A stretch of DNA of 64,000 nt, taken from assembly GCA_030390025.1 (NCBI GenBank), contig CM059425.1:174346001-174410000 (forward strand), read 5' to 3'. Origin of the DNA: Squalus acanthias (lineage: Eukaryota). The translations under genes were made by a program, and so were the position numbers. Shown here one piece after another: positions 11,679 through 23,755 of the stretch (within the stretch, counting starts at the first letter, position 1; each line of letters begins with the position of its first letter). The notes beneath the pieces were generated by a model, which saw only the letters and a program-made list of their open reading frames with translations, did not search any database and was not told the origin of the DNA.

Positions 11679-12245
11679 GTGGTCAGAAACTTGAGTATAA
11701 AATCTAGGTGGACACTCCAGTGCAATACTGAGAGAGTGCTGCACTGTTGGAGGTGCTGTCTTTCAGATGAGATGTTAAACCGAGGTCTCATCTGTCCTCT
11801 CAGGTGGATGTAAAAGATCTCATGGCATTATTGGAAGAAGAACAGAGGAGTTCTCCCCAGTGTCCTGGCCAACATTTATCCCTCAACCAACATCACTAAA
11901 ATAGATAAACTGGTCATTATCACATTGCTGTTTGTGGGACCTTGCCGTGTGCAAATTGGGTGCTACGTTTCCTACATTACAACAGTGACGACTGCATTAT
12001 ATAAATGCAAGTCTTTCTTTAAGTAATTCTCACTGGATAGTGATCAGGACCAGTAACCAATATTTCCGCCCCCGGCCTGTCTGATCTAGGTACCAAGGCC
12101 AATTGTAGCATCCTCATTGTCATCCTTGCCGGGACTAGCTAACTCACTACAGACCAGCTTAGGAGTGGAGAACCTGGGACTTTTCTGGTCTGTATAGCTC
12201 GGGACTGGATCCATTGAGTATATTTACCCACACAGTATTCAGGGG
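11450..12245 (-). mobile_element. Second copy of the unclassified tRNA-derived SINE, split by a Deu-domain SINE
   Basis: 11450-11630 and 12025-12245 align end to end with 10040-10425. Confidence 0.5.
11633..12020 (+). mobile_element. Deu-domain SINE (SacSINE1-like), near full length
   Basis: tRNA head ggctcagtggtagcactcttgcctctgagtcagaagg; Deu core GGTGCTGTCTTTCAGATGAGATGTTAAACCGAGG...TGTCCTGGCCAACATTTATCCCTCAACC; L2-like tail tataaatgcaagt. Confidence 0.82.
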
Positions 12246-12630
12246 TTCCAGGATGATGGTATTCTATGGGATCCTTCTTAATAAAATAAGATTCAAGTGA
12301 TGCTATCAAGACTACTAGTTATCCTGACTCTCTTACAGTCCCTTGTCTGTTTGATAAATAATAATACTCATGTTCACATGAAAGCTCTGATTAACAGTAC
12401 AATCCACATCTGACTCTGGGACATAGCTAATGACATCATTAAGTGGATATCTGGCTGAATAATTTAAAAATCTAGAAAGAATTCTCAGGCATTCATTAAA
12501 AAGTCACTTGATTTACAAGAAAAGTCAGGGACAGAAAAAGGAGATTCAACTAACCGTAGATCATTATTCCAGTACTCTAGCTCTCTCATCACAGCATCCA
12601 GATGGATTGCAAACAACCCTCAATGTTTTG

Positions 12631-13852
12631 AGGAACATAGGAACAGGAGTAGGCTATTTAGCCCCTCAAACCAGTTCCACCATTCAGTGACATCATGGCT
12701 GATCTGCAACCTAACTCCATATACTCGCCTTTGGCCCATATCCCTTAATACCTTTGGTTAACAAAAAGCTATCAATCTCCGATTTAAAATTAACAATTGA
12801 TTTAGCATCAATTGCCGTTTGCGGAAGAGAGTTCCAAACTTCTACCACCCATTGTGTGCAGAATTGTTTCCTAATTTCACTCCTGAAAGGTCTGGCTCTA
12901 ATTTTTAGACTATGCCCCCTAGTCCTAGAATACCCAACCAGCAGAAATTGTTTCTCTCTATCTACTCTATCTGTTCCCCTTAATATCTTGAAAACGTCGA
13001 TCAAATCACCTCTGAGCCTTCTAAATTCCAGGGAATATAACCTTAGTTTGTGTAATCTCTCCTCATAATTTAACCCCTGGAGTCCGGATATCATTCTGGT
13101 AAACCTACGCTGCACTCCCTCCAAGGCCAATATATCCTTCCGACGGTGTGGTGCCCAGATCTGCTCACAGTACTCCAGGTGTGGTCTAACCAGGGTTTTG
13201 TATAGCTGCAGCATAACCTCTACCCCCTTGTATTCTGGTCCTCTAGATGTAAAGGCCAGCATTCCATTAGTCTTTTTGATTATTTTCTGTACCTGTTCAT
13301 GACATTTTAATGATCTATGTACCTGGACCCCCAAGTCTCTTTGGACCTCCACTGTTTTTAGCTTTTCACCATTTAGAAAGTTCTCTGTTCTATCCTTTTT
13401 AGGTCCAAAGTGCATCCATCTGCCACAGTTTTGCCCATTCACTTAATCTATCAATATCTCTTTGTAATTTTATGCTTTCATCTAGACTGCCTACAATGCC
13501 ACCTATCTTTGTGTCATCGGCAAATTTGGATATGTGGCTTTCTATCCCATTATCTAAGTCGTTAATAAATACAGTGGATAGTTGAGGCCCCAACACAGAT
13601 CCCTGCGGGACACCACTAGTCACATCCTGTCAATTTGAGTACCTACCCATTATCCCTACTCTGTCTCCTACTGCTCAGCCAATTTCCTAACCAGGTCGAT
13701 AATTTGCCCTCAATTCCATGGGCTTCAACCTTAGTTAACAGTCTCTTATGAGGAACTTTATCAAATGCCTTCTGGAAGTCCATATAAATAACATCTATAG
13801 ACATTCCCCTGTCCACTACTTTAGTCACCTCTTCAAAAAATTCAATCAGGTT
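12631..13852 (-). mobile_element. CR1 LINE 3' portion with RT
   Basis: [30 protein letters not shown] and LVRPHLEYC motifs; (TTCCTATG) tail. Confidence 0.9.
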
Positions 13853-14033
13853 CTAGATTCTAACACCCTGCTTGACAGACCAGTCCAAAGAGTTATAAAG
13901 TTTGTGGACTGAAAGCACAGCTTTAACCAACTGCAAGTGCAGAAACTGGGCCATTGGGTGGGTACTGCATTTCCATTATAACAACATCTTGGGAACAAAC
14001 GTAACATGTTAACTTTAATATGTAAGGACTTAA

Positions 14034-14140
14034 AGGACTTGCATTTCTATAGCGCCTTTCACGACCACCAGACGTCCCAAAGTGCTTTACAGCCAATGAA
14101 GTACTTTTGGAATGTAGTCACTGTTGTAATGTGGGAAACA
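14034..14140 (-). mobile_element. Deu-domain SINE 3' fragment
   Basis: gacttgcatttctatagcgcctttcacgacc...gtagtcactgttgtaatgt. Confidence 0.75.
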
Positions 14141-14573
14141 CCCTTGTGCATTGAATGGGTATTTACTTCTAATAATTGAATGATTATTGTAGTTTTGTCT
14201 GTTTCTGCAGCGATCAGCATTCTATATTTCCACCATTTCTGATATTTTTGGTATTTTATCCAATACTCATTTCTGGTTGCATTTTAAAGGAAGGGACTTT
14301 GGAAAGGTTCTGATACCAATAATTAGTGCAGACAACACCTTGTAGACTAATACATAATAATAATCCCTTCAATAAAAAATAATTTTATAGTCCTATTTTA
14401 AACGCTCTTGAAATTCATCTACGCCTAGGCTAGGGTGGTTTAGTTTAAAAAATGGAACTACTGTTACTTAGAAGATATAGTTCTGTCCTTTGGTTGACAT
14501 GATCTACAACACACAATAAGGCACAGCAAATGAACAGCAACTACATCAGGTTGTATAAACTGAACAAACTCAC

Positions 14574-14642
14574 TCTACTTTGGTGTATGGTATCTCTTTC
14601 AGCTCTTCTTCTGTTAAGCCAATTGGATCCACCAGTTCCCGT
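14574..14642 (-). CDS. epb41l4a: EPB41L4A exon (69 bp): RELVDPIGLTEEELKEIPYTKV(E)
   Basis: Acceptor ctgttttctag, donor gtgagt; phase 2-2. Confidence 0.94.
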
Positions 14643-14809
14643 CTAGAAAACAGAATTCAAGAGAAAATGTAAGCTATTCCAATAGCAATGTACATGTAAA
14701 CTTTATTTCAACAAAAGAGTCATAGGAATTTTAAGAAAAAAAAGCCTATTTGTCTTAACAAGACAGCTCCACTTTTTATGCATCTCAATTATACTTTTCC
14801 CATTATATC

Positions 14810-15192
14810 CCTCAATAGCCCATTCTGAAGACTGCAGGTGCTGCTACTTTTTCCTCGTCTCCTCTGAGATCGATTGGTATTTGAATAAGGTATAGGAGGG
14901 CCAACAAACCGCTGAGTATGGTACAAATACGGGCTTCCTGCAGGCATACATACCATTCACTGGCCGTAACAGCCACATATGTAGCAGTATTTCTGTGGAA
15001 AGCACAGGAGCCCCACAGAAATGTCCCCAAAACCGAGAGGGAGCAGAGAGGGGGTGGGCGGAAGCGGTGCCTCCCCTGTTGTCATGTAGCCGAGGTAGAG
15101 CCAGAAGCCCAGCTGAGACAAATTCCATCCTCATTTCTAGCCCCCTTTTTCCCTAAGGTGCCAAAGTTATGCCCCAAAAAGAGGAAGTTCTA
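14810..15192. mobile_element. Non-autonomous DNA transposon end fragment
   Basis: Terminates in GGAAGTTCTACCC (reverse complement GGGTAGAACTTCC); GC-rich island in AT-rich intron. Confidence 0.4.
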
Positions 15193-15985
15193 CCCTCCTA
15201 TTTCTTTGACTATTCTATCACTCTCCGCAACTCAAATGTTTCCAATGTCTTGTTCGGAGTCCTTCTCATCTTCTTGTAAAAGTGTTCTCAGATATTCTTC
15301 TATATGAAAAATACTGTAAAAATGCAAGTTGATTTGTTGTTGATCTGCATCATTGCATCCTCAGCACCACCTTTCTAAGGGAATGTTGTTCAGCCATCTG
15401 TATGTCATATAAGTGATTGAAAGTGCACCCTACATTAATGCTACCCACCCACCCTGAGAAATAATCCCTATAGCAAACAAATAAAATGCCTGTGTGTACC
15501 GGACTCAAGCTGCACTATCCCAACATTGAAGTTTCTGGGTTGAGCCTTAATTTTGGAATTCATGTTTTAGAAGTATTGTGTTTGATTGGTTTCAGAAGGC
15601 TTACTTGTACAATACAACATAATCTCTTGATTTGTAGTCAATGTTACGATTCAGCTTTCCTCCAACACTTTAACCTTCTGTCCATGTAAAACAGCAGTTT
15701 TCATAAGCAGGCCCTCGTCTTCTCTGAACTGAAATGTGCACTGATACGCATGACTTTAAGGGAATAGTGTACTATAGGATTAACGACTACTCTTTTACCA
15801 TGGTATTTTGCACTGGACTTTACATGGGTTGCCGACAACATTCTCCCATTCACTTCAAAAATAAGTAATTATCACCTTGTCAGACCAAAACAATCAAGTT
15901 TACTGACAAGTGAGACAATTACACAGAAGCAGAAACACACAGCAAGAAACTAAGAATACAGTTTTTGGCTTCCTCATTACACAAA

Positions 15986-18823
15986 GGGCTAAAAATTGGA
16001 CTGCACCCGAAAACAGGCGCATTTCAAAGGAATGCAGGCAGCATGCGACCTTCGTGCCGCCTGCTAATTATAATGATTGTAACGTTCAGCCCAGTGCTGA
16101 ACGAGCTGCTGAGTGGCTGAACGCTCAGCAGGGGGCCCAAGTTCGTGCGAGGCTAGCTCCAATTAAAGCTAGCCTCCACTTCTTAAAGGCAGTCTGCATC
16201 TCTTAAAAGGGAGGTGCATTCTGCCTGCAGCAGCTCATGCAACTAGCTGGGGTAGACAGTGCAAATGTCACAACAGGGGAGACACCATGCACCAAGGTTC
16301 TCTGATGCAGCACTGGAGGCCTGGGTGCAGGAGGTGGAGAGGAGAGAGGTCCTATTTGCACAGAGGGCCAGGAGGCCCTCCAGGCAAACTCAAAAACACC
16401 AATGGGAGCAGATAGCCATAGCTGTCAATGCCAGCAGTGTCACCCCGAGGAACTAGCTGCAGTGCAGGAAGTAGTTTAATGACCTCACACGTGTGGTCAA
16501 GGTCAATGAAATCATCTTCAAATGCCATATCCCACCATCTGCACCACTAACCTCACATACTGCTCAATGCACCACACCCCAATCACTCACCTACCAACAA
16601 TCTCTACCAAACATGACTAATACCTCACATTCACAGCTTCACCTTACCCTCACACACTTACAACTGTTGCAAGCCTCACACCCACATCTCACAGCTTGCA
16701 CACACTGGCAGCTATTCAACTATGGCAGGCACATCACCCAAACACATTGCACTACACTCATTGACACACTTCTCTTGCAGGCAAAGGTGGCGCATAACAG
16801 GAGGGAGCAGCGGCAGACGGGAGGCAGCCAAGCCGCAATACAGAACCAGACCGACCTGAAGGAATCGGTGCTTGACATTATTGGAGGGGCAGTGACGGAG
16901 AAGTTTAAGCTGTTGCTGATAATGACGGTATGGTCATACCTAATCCTCCTTCTCACATCCCACTTTCCCCATATCCCACAATCTCTTCTGACTTACAAGC
17001 TGCAGATGGTGTAAGCATGCACCTCCCCCCCATCACCACAACCTTATCCTTGTGCCTTTCTCCTTTCAGATACCCAAGAACTGCCACCAGGCCAGGCACT
17101 GGTGGAGGAGCAGGAAGACGGTGGTCATGAAGACACAGCATCACTCGATTTCACACTCCCAGCCACCAGCCCAGATACCGAGACTTTGCGTACTTTAGAG
17201 GATAGATTAGATGCGGGATCTGCACGTGGTAAGACACGGGACACGAGTGGCCTGCAGTCAGGACAGGGGGAAAGGGTAGCGCAGATGCCAGCTCCCCAGA
17301 GGGCGAGTTCGCACACGAGTTCTGTTGCAGAGGACTCAGATGAGGACTTCAATGGGGCTGCCTACAGAAGAAGGCTGATGGGTATGCACACTGAAATGCT
17401 TGGTGCATTGTCAGGCCTGCCAGAAGCCTAAGTGCAATGTCAAGGAGCATGGAGGAGTCCGGCACCAACCTTGCACAGGGCTTTGGATTTCCAGCATGGA
17501 ATTGATGGCCAACTCCGTTACCGCACTTGTGGACCCAACCATAATGCAGGGTCTGATGGCCAATGTCTCAGCTTTCAGTGCAGCACAGGCGGAAGCAATC
17601 CAATGTCAGAGTGCTGCAATGGAAGTTCAGACTTCTGTCATGCAAGCTCAGACTGCTCTCATGCAGGCTCAGCTTGCTGCCACGCAAGCTTAGACTGCTG
17701 CCATTGTGGCTGCATTTACCAGTGTGGAAAGGGGCTTGCAGGGTGTCACAGCAGTCCTGCAATCTGTCCGCCCAACAGATTACTAGGATTGCTGCAATGC
17801 TGTCCCGGGGGAGTGGCAGTGGCTCTGTGGAGCACGAACCTGCTGTCCTCTCTCAAGAGGACAGCATTCGAGCTCCCATCACTGCCACTCCACCAGTGCC
17901 CTTGTTGCATGTCAGTCAGCCTAGACTGCTGCCACGCATGCCGAAGTGGTGCAGTCTACAGCCGGGCCTTCTAGGCCCAGGGCTGCTCGAGGTCATCCTG
18001 CAAGGCCACCTGCAGTCTCCCCCCACTGAAAGTCAGCAGCCTTCCACCAGTCATGGTGCAACCACTGGGGTAGCACTTCATAGGAGCATGGGGACAAGCA
18101 AAGGCACATGGAAGATAGGCACTAAGGGAATGCACAAGGATGATTAATTGACTTTTTTATGTAATATTTGATGGCTTGATGTATAAAGTTGATTTCGAAT
18201 GTTTGTTTTGTGGTGGCTTTCATTTCAGCATTGTGGCCAAGAGGACGCTGTGATGATCCGTATCAGAGGGATGGTAAGGTTTGGGACTATTGGTGAATAT
18301 AGAATTTGGGTTGCGTTCACTGGAGCCGCAGTCGGATGAGTCAATCATGGACAGCCCGGGCAGAACCCTTGAAGTCTGAAGCAATGCCTTCTCCACTTGC
18401 AGCACCGCTCCCCGTCACCTCACCAACTTTAAACAACTCTAGAATGCTCCAAACAGTTCCACGCACTTACACAGAGCCAGTAGAAATCAATCAGCAACTA
18501 ACCTTAGTGGTTGCTGATCCCTTTAAAAAATGCTGGTGGGGGACCTTGGTGATGCTGAATGCATGCTCAGCTGTGTGAGGTTAACACAGGGCTCCAGTGT
18601 TGATGACGGAAATGGCAGCGCTGGTGTCAAAGCAGCGTTGCACGCTGATTGACATCACAATCTGCACACTCTGCATACTTCCAGCACACGCTCCTAATGC
18701 CCGCATCAAGATGGCTTCCAACACGGCATGCACCAGAAGTGTGTGCGCGTGAACGCCATTTTTGGCATAAAACAGCACCCGTAGCACCGAAAAATAGGGC
18801 GCTACGGAGCCAAAATTTTTGCC
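15986..18823 (+). mobile_element. PIF/Harbinger copy 2: non-autonomous, Myb/SANT gene retained, transposase deleted
   Basis: Imperfect TIRs GGCTAAAAATTGG / CCAAAATTTTTGCC; Myb gene on +; only the last transposase-like codons (LIRLRLQ*) remain on - at 18317-18340. Confidence 0.75.
16265..18147 (+). pseudogene. Harbinger Myb/SANT-like gene, 3 exons (16265-16501, 16781-16927, 17070-18147), with stops and frameshifts
   Basis: APRFSDAALEAWVQEV...QWEQIA..VN....PR...QCRK.FNDL; ag|AKVAHNRREQRQTGG; exon 3 acidic, coiled-coil-like, ending GTKGMHKDD*. Confidence 0.82.
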
Positions 18824-19039
18824 TAAACTGTTTCCAAAGAATAAAAGGTCCTGAAACTTCAGCAATTCCTTTCAATAACTTTTGAACTGAATTTCTAATG
18901 AATCATTGTGTGGCAAAGGATTCTATAGAGGCCCTCTAGTCTACTTCAGCTGGAACAGGCAGTGTGTAGCCAGGAACTCATGGTCCTAGAAAAACCCATG
19001 GTTGTTATTTAACTTTATTCCTCAAGTCCAGCTTCATTC

Positions 19040-20198
19040 TTCCCAAAGTACTGAAACAGCCCTAATCAAAGTAGCAAATGGCATCCTACGGGACTGCGAC
19101 CATGGTGTATATTCTTCCTCTTCTGCCCATGGCATTTGGCATGGTTCATGAAAGCATCCTCCTCAAATGCCTGTCCTCTATTGACCCACTGAGTGGCACT
19201 GCCATTGTATGGTTCCATCCTTATCTATCTGAATATTGCCAGAGTATCTTCATGTTCATCATCCCTACACAGTAACCTCTGAGGTTCCCCAATATTTTAA
19301 GCTTAGCCCCCTCCTCTTCCTCATCTCCATGCTGCCCCTCAGCAACATCATCTTCAGACATGGGGTTAGCTTCCACATTTGCACCAATAACACCCAGCTC
19401 TACCTCTCCATCACTTCTCCTGACTCCTCAATTGCCTCTGTGTTCTCAGATTGCTTGTCTGACATTCAGTCCTGGATAAATTTTGACTTCCAGTCAACAT
19501 TGGGAAGACTGAAGCCATTATCTTCAGCCCACCAGACACTGTTGTCTCTTGTCACCAATTTAATTTTCCTTCCCTGTTGCTGTCTCAGGCTGAACTAGAC
19601 TATATACAACCCCCGCATCCTGTTCAATTCTGAGCTAAGCTTTAGTCAGCATATCCTCTCCACCTCTACAATATTGTCCTCCTCTGCAGCTGAAACCCTT
19701 AGTCATGTTTTTTAACCTCCAGACTTGATTACTCCAACATTCTCCTTGCTGGCCTTCCGTCCTCCACTTTTCAAAACTCTAACTTGTCCATAACTCTGCT
19801 GCACACACTAAGACCCACTCACCTATCGCCCTTAACCTTCCTTATCCCCCAATGCCTCAAATTTTAAATCCTTGTCCTCGTCTTTAAATCCCACACTGGC
19901 TTTGCTCATCTCTTCCTCCTCCAGCCACCTCAAACACTGTGTTGCTCTGACTCCAGCCTCTTCTGCATCCCTTCTTCCTTCACCCATTAGTGGCAGATCC
20001 TACTATCTGGAATTCCTTCCCTAAACCCCACCATCACTACTACTTCTTTTAAAGCCTCCTCAAAATCCATTTCTTTGTGCAAGCTTTTTGTCACCTTTCC
20101 TATAATCTTCTTGGCTGGCTTTAGTGTCAATTTTCCAGATGCTTATCAGTGAAGCATGTTGGGTGTTAAAGGCACTATAACAATGCAAGTTGTTGTTT
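19040..20198 (+). mobile_element. L2 LINE 3' portion, heavily decayed
   Basis: STETALIKV, SEVPQ...LSPLLFLISMLPLSNII.RHGVSFH...NTQLYLS RT remnants; aatgcaagttgttg tail. Confidence 0.8.
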
Positions 20199-20346
20199 CT
20201 GGAATTCCAGAGGCAGGTTTCCTCTGAAACAGTTTCCTCAAAACAATGAGAGAATATGATATTAACCTCTTCTATCGTTCAAATAGTTATAAGCTGTAAA
20301 CAGCAGTCTCTTGGCTGTCTGTTGAGTTGCTCGCTCTTGACACTTA

Positions 20347-21645
20347 GGGCCAATTTTCATCTTCAGGCGTAAGTCAGTTACACCTGAAGATGTTTTTCAC
20401 TGCTTTTCAGGCTTGCCTGAATCTCAAGCGTAAATAGCACTCAATTCTCTGGTCTAAGGTTATTCGCATAATTATTCGTAACTCCAGGTGTAAATTTAGA
20501 TTGGCACAGAGAGGACACAACTAGTAGGAGAAGCAAATTGTGTGCAAGTCAAATTTAAAGGAACGGGGAAAATCACAGGGGTGTATCACATTGGGGGAGG
20601 AGAACAAAATGCAGATCGTTTTTGGAGAGCCTTTAAATGCATCAATGGTGGCTGAAGGGGCCAGGGATTCGAAGTGGCAGGCCAAGATGAATGGAAAGGG
20701 AGCCCTAGGCGCAAGCAGGTGTCTGCAAATGATGTTTGAGGCTTTTCCTCTGTGGCACTCCACAGCACCTTTCCACAGATAAGCACTGCAGCATACCTAC
20801 AAGAAGATCCAGCCAAGTTTCATGCCACAGCTGATCATTACGGCTTCTTTGCATGGTAGATGCAGGTGCCCTTCCAGCAGATACCAGAGCTCAGCATCTA
20901 CCTTGCTGCCGACCTAGACACTGAGAAGATGGGTCCCACACTAACTCCCAGGTAGGTTTGCCAGTGTCTGCAGAATTGGTTGATGAAAACAAAATAATTA
21001 GGAATGCAAATGTCACAGTGATACCACCAGAGCCTCCTGATGCAGTCTCCCTTGGGAAGATGAGCTTCCACCAACACATCTGCCTGTGAGGTATATTAGC
21101 ATCCGCTCCAGATGCAAGGTAGCGAGTGTCCAGGAGGATAAGGAGCATCTCATGGGCAACTTGACCTACCTGGCAGCACTCTGCAGCGCCTCCTCCAAAC
21201 ATATTAGCAAAATCTTCCTCTGATCAGTATGCTGCATATTCTTGTATAAACAGAAAATGTCCCAAGAAAATAAGGAGCTAGAAATTCCTGGCCTCTCGCA
21301 ACATAAAGTTACCATTATCTGGAAGGGTGGTGGAGGGAATTCAGGGTTGGATCCGTTCTACAAATTCTTTGCCCTTTTTTTTTATAGTTTCCAAAATCCC
21401 CCCCACACTCACATCAAAAGAGAAGGCTGGACTAGCAGAATTACATCATCCACCAGAAATCCCACCTGTTCTACATTATTTGCCATTAACATAAAGTACA
21501 CCTGCATGATGCATGCCTATTTTGCTTGCCAGAATGATAGAATTGGGCCTACTTTACCAGTTTCTGAATGAGGGGTCATTGCTAGGTGGAAGTCCTGCTC
21601 CGCCACGCTTCTGGCGGCACCGCAGCCCACAAGGAATTTCCTCGC
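20347..21645. mobile_element. Degenerate DNA transposon (Harbinger-like termini)
   Basis: Left end GGGCCAATTTTC resembles other TIRs in the window; GC-rich interior with no recognisable ORF. Confidence 0.35.
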
Positions 21646-21859
21646 TATGATTTCTACCAACCCAAGCTCAAAAAAAGTATACTTTATAAATGACTCTCCA
21701 TTATATATTTTTGAGCTTCCATGAACTCAAAACCATCACAACAACACCTGAAAAATAGATGCTGGCCTTGTAGAGTGAGCACACTCTCTGTTGAGTTACA
21801 AAATCAAAAGAAATGATCATCTGTGACATTGCTCACAGATAAAATATATATAATATATG

Positions 21860-22200
21860 TACACTAGTCGCTCTCCCATGGCATTGTACATGGAGAATCA
21901 AGACCATGTGTAGTCTTCAGGTGAAGCGGTGTTAGAAGGCGGGGACTCTTTGGACAAGGGCCCACAGATATAATTTAGTCCTCATTATACAGTCTGTCCT
22001 TATTTTTATATTTCTACTATAAACTCTTCTGTCCACAATTATAATGGAAATTGCCGATGTAAATCTGTCACACAGTTATTACACTATCCTGTCAGTGGTG
22101 ACACTGCATCACCTCCACTAGCGGCAGAGTGTAATTACAGCGTGACAATTTTACATGGGCAGTTTCCATTACAAATATGGACATATGAATCGATAAAAGT
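21860..22200. repeat. Unclassified ancient interspersed repeat, copy 1
   Basis: Two blocks align with 48590-48715 and 48955-49045. Confidence 0.65.
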
Positions 22201-22660
22201 AAGGACAGAACATATGACCTGTCTCCAGTAAGTGCCGGAAATTGCTCACGATGATCTCCAGTGCTGACCGTACCAAAGTATGTGGAGTCATGAGAGGTCA
22301 CCCTTTTTACATAATCCAGTCAAGTGCCACGGTGCATCTTGGGTGCCCGTCTGAATGGAAAGGCTGCAAAATGCAACGCTCCAGATGGTGGGGTCCAGGA
22401 GCCCCCTGGAAAGATGTTCTGTGTTGTCAATGAGTTCCCTTTATAGGAAGAAATCTTAAAAGCAAAATTTAATCTTCAGGGTCCCTACCATGATCCAGAC
22501 ATAGATCCCCAAGTGGGTCACTTCCACTGCATGGCAGTCCAGTGTACCTCCTCACACTCGGTGTACTGACCCGCTACTGTTCACTAGGGTGGAGACGAGG
22601 AGTCTCCCAGCGTGGGAGAGCATCCATATCTTAATAAACGCAAAGTAACTTCATACTCAC

Positions 22661-22708
22661 TGAATGTGCTTCCACAGTTCTTCCTTTGCTTGTACATCAG
22701 GACTTCTC
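22661..22708 (-). CDS. epb41l4a: EPB41L4A exon (48 bp): RSPDVQAKEELWKHI(Q)
   Basis: Acceptor ttttctgcag, donor gtgagt; phase 2-2. Confidence 0.94.
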
Positions 22709-23229
22709 CTGCAGAAAACATATTCACTCAGTAGTTGGAGTGTTACTCTACTCATACTCTACTAATATAATCGACAAAATAAGCCCCAAAAGAGAACCGA
22801 CGTGAAAGCAGCTCCTAAAAATGTGGTTAAATTATATTTAATAAACTTGGGTTTAATTGTTCTGGATAAATTATACTAAAGTAAAATATTTAAAATTTCT
22901 GTGGGAAAAATCTATGCTTGCATTAGTGGATAGCTAGCAAAGATAAATAGGCTTTAAATTTCAGTACCCCGTTTATTATTTCAGATGTAGTGCTCTCATG
23001 TTACACCTCCAGGTGCAGCTCCTCTCTGTGAGTTAATATGTGACCACGGTGCCCTTTCTCACAATGACACAGAGCTTCTGCTTCCTTTCTCTCACCATTT
23101 GTGATGCTTCATCCTCACTGCTGTGTGTTAGTTACTTATGCACTCAGTGATAATGTGTGTGAGAGTGTGTGTATGGCAGGAAGGGGGGTCACTCTATCAG
23201 GGGATGGGTGAATTGAACTGTAGGCAAGG

Positions 23230-23540
23230 TACCTCCATTGCTGGCCCAGACTAGGAAAATCAATTCCAGAATGTCTACTTTCCTAAATGTCATAAATTTG
23301 GGCAATCTCAATCTACTTCCTAGTGGGCATCAATCTGTAGCGCACATTGGCACTGAATCAGCACTCTCACTCAGAGAAGTGATTAGGATGACTGGTGCAG
23401 CAATTAGAAAAAATCATGTTGATGCAATAGGAAGTGCTCTGCGGAGGATAGGGGCTAAGGCATACTGTTTGGGCAGAATAAAGTGAGCATTATTTTGCAT
23501 TTGGCTATGCCATATTTGGCCTGGGAAAGCTTGATGCACT
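23230..23540 (+). mobile_element. LF-SINE-like SINE, second degenerate copy
   Basis: TTTGGGCAATCTCAATCTACTTCCTAGTGGGC...CACTCAGAGA...GGGGCTAAGGCATACTG aligns with 3160-3400. Confidence 0.5.
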
Positions 23541-23635
23541 TTTGGCAAATCAATACTTAATAAATTATAGATCATTTATTACTACAATGAGTTCTTCAGA
23601 TTGTTCTTGAAATTAACAGGAGATTGAACACATAC

Positions 23636-23755
23636 GATCGTGATCTATGCTTTGAACGTCTGTTGTTGGGGTCAGCCAATGATCGTTCTTTTTGCCTCCT
23701 CAGCACTTGTTCCCATTGAGGAGCTGAGTCCACCATCTCATTCTCTTGACGTGAC
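23636..23755 (-). CDS. epb41l4a: EPB41L4A exon (120 bp): [39 protein letters not shown]
   Basis: Acceptor ctgttcag, donor gtatgt; phase 2-2; [20 protein letters not shown]...DPNNRRS motif (lies within listed ORF 23596..23823). Confidence 0.95.
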
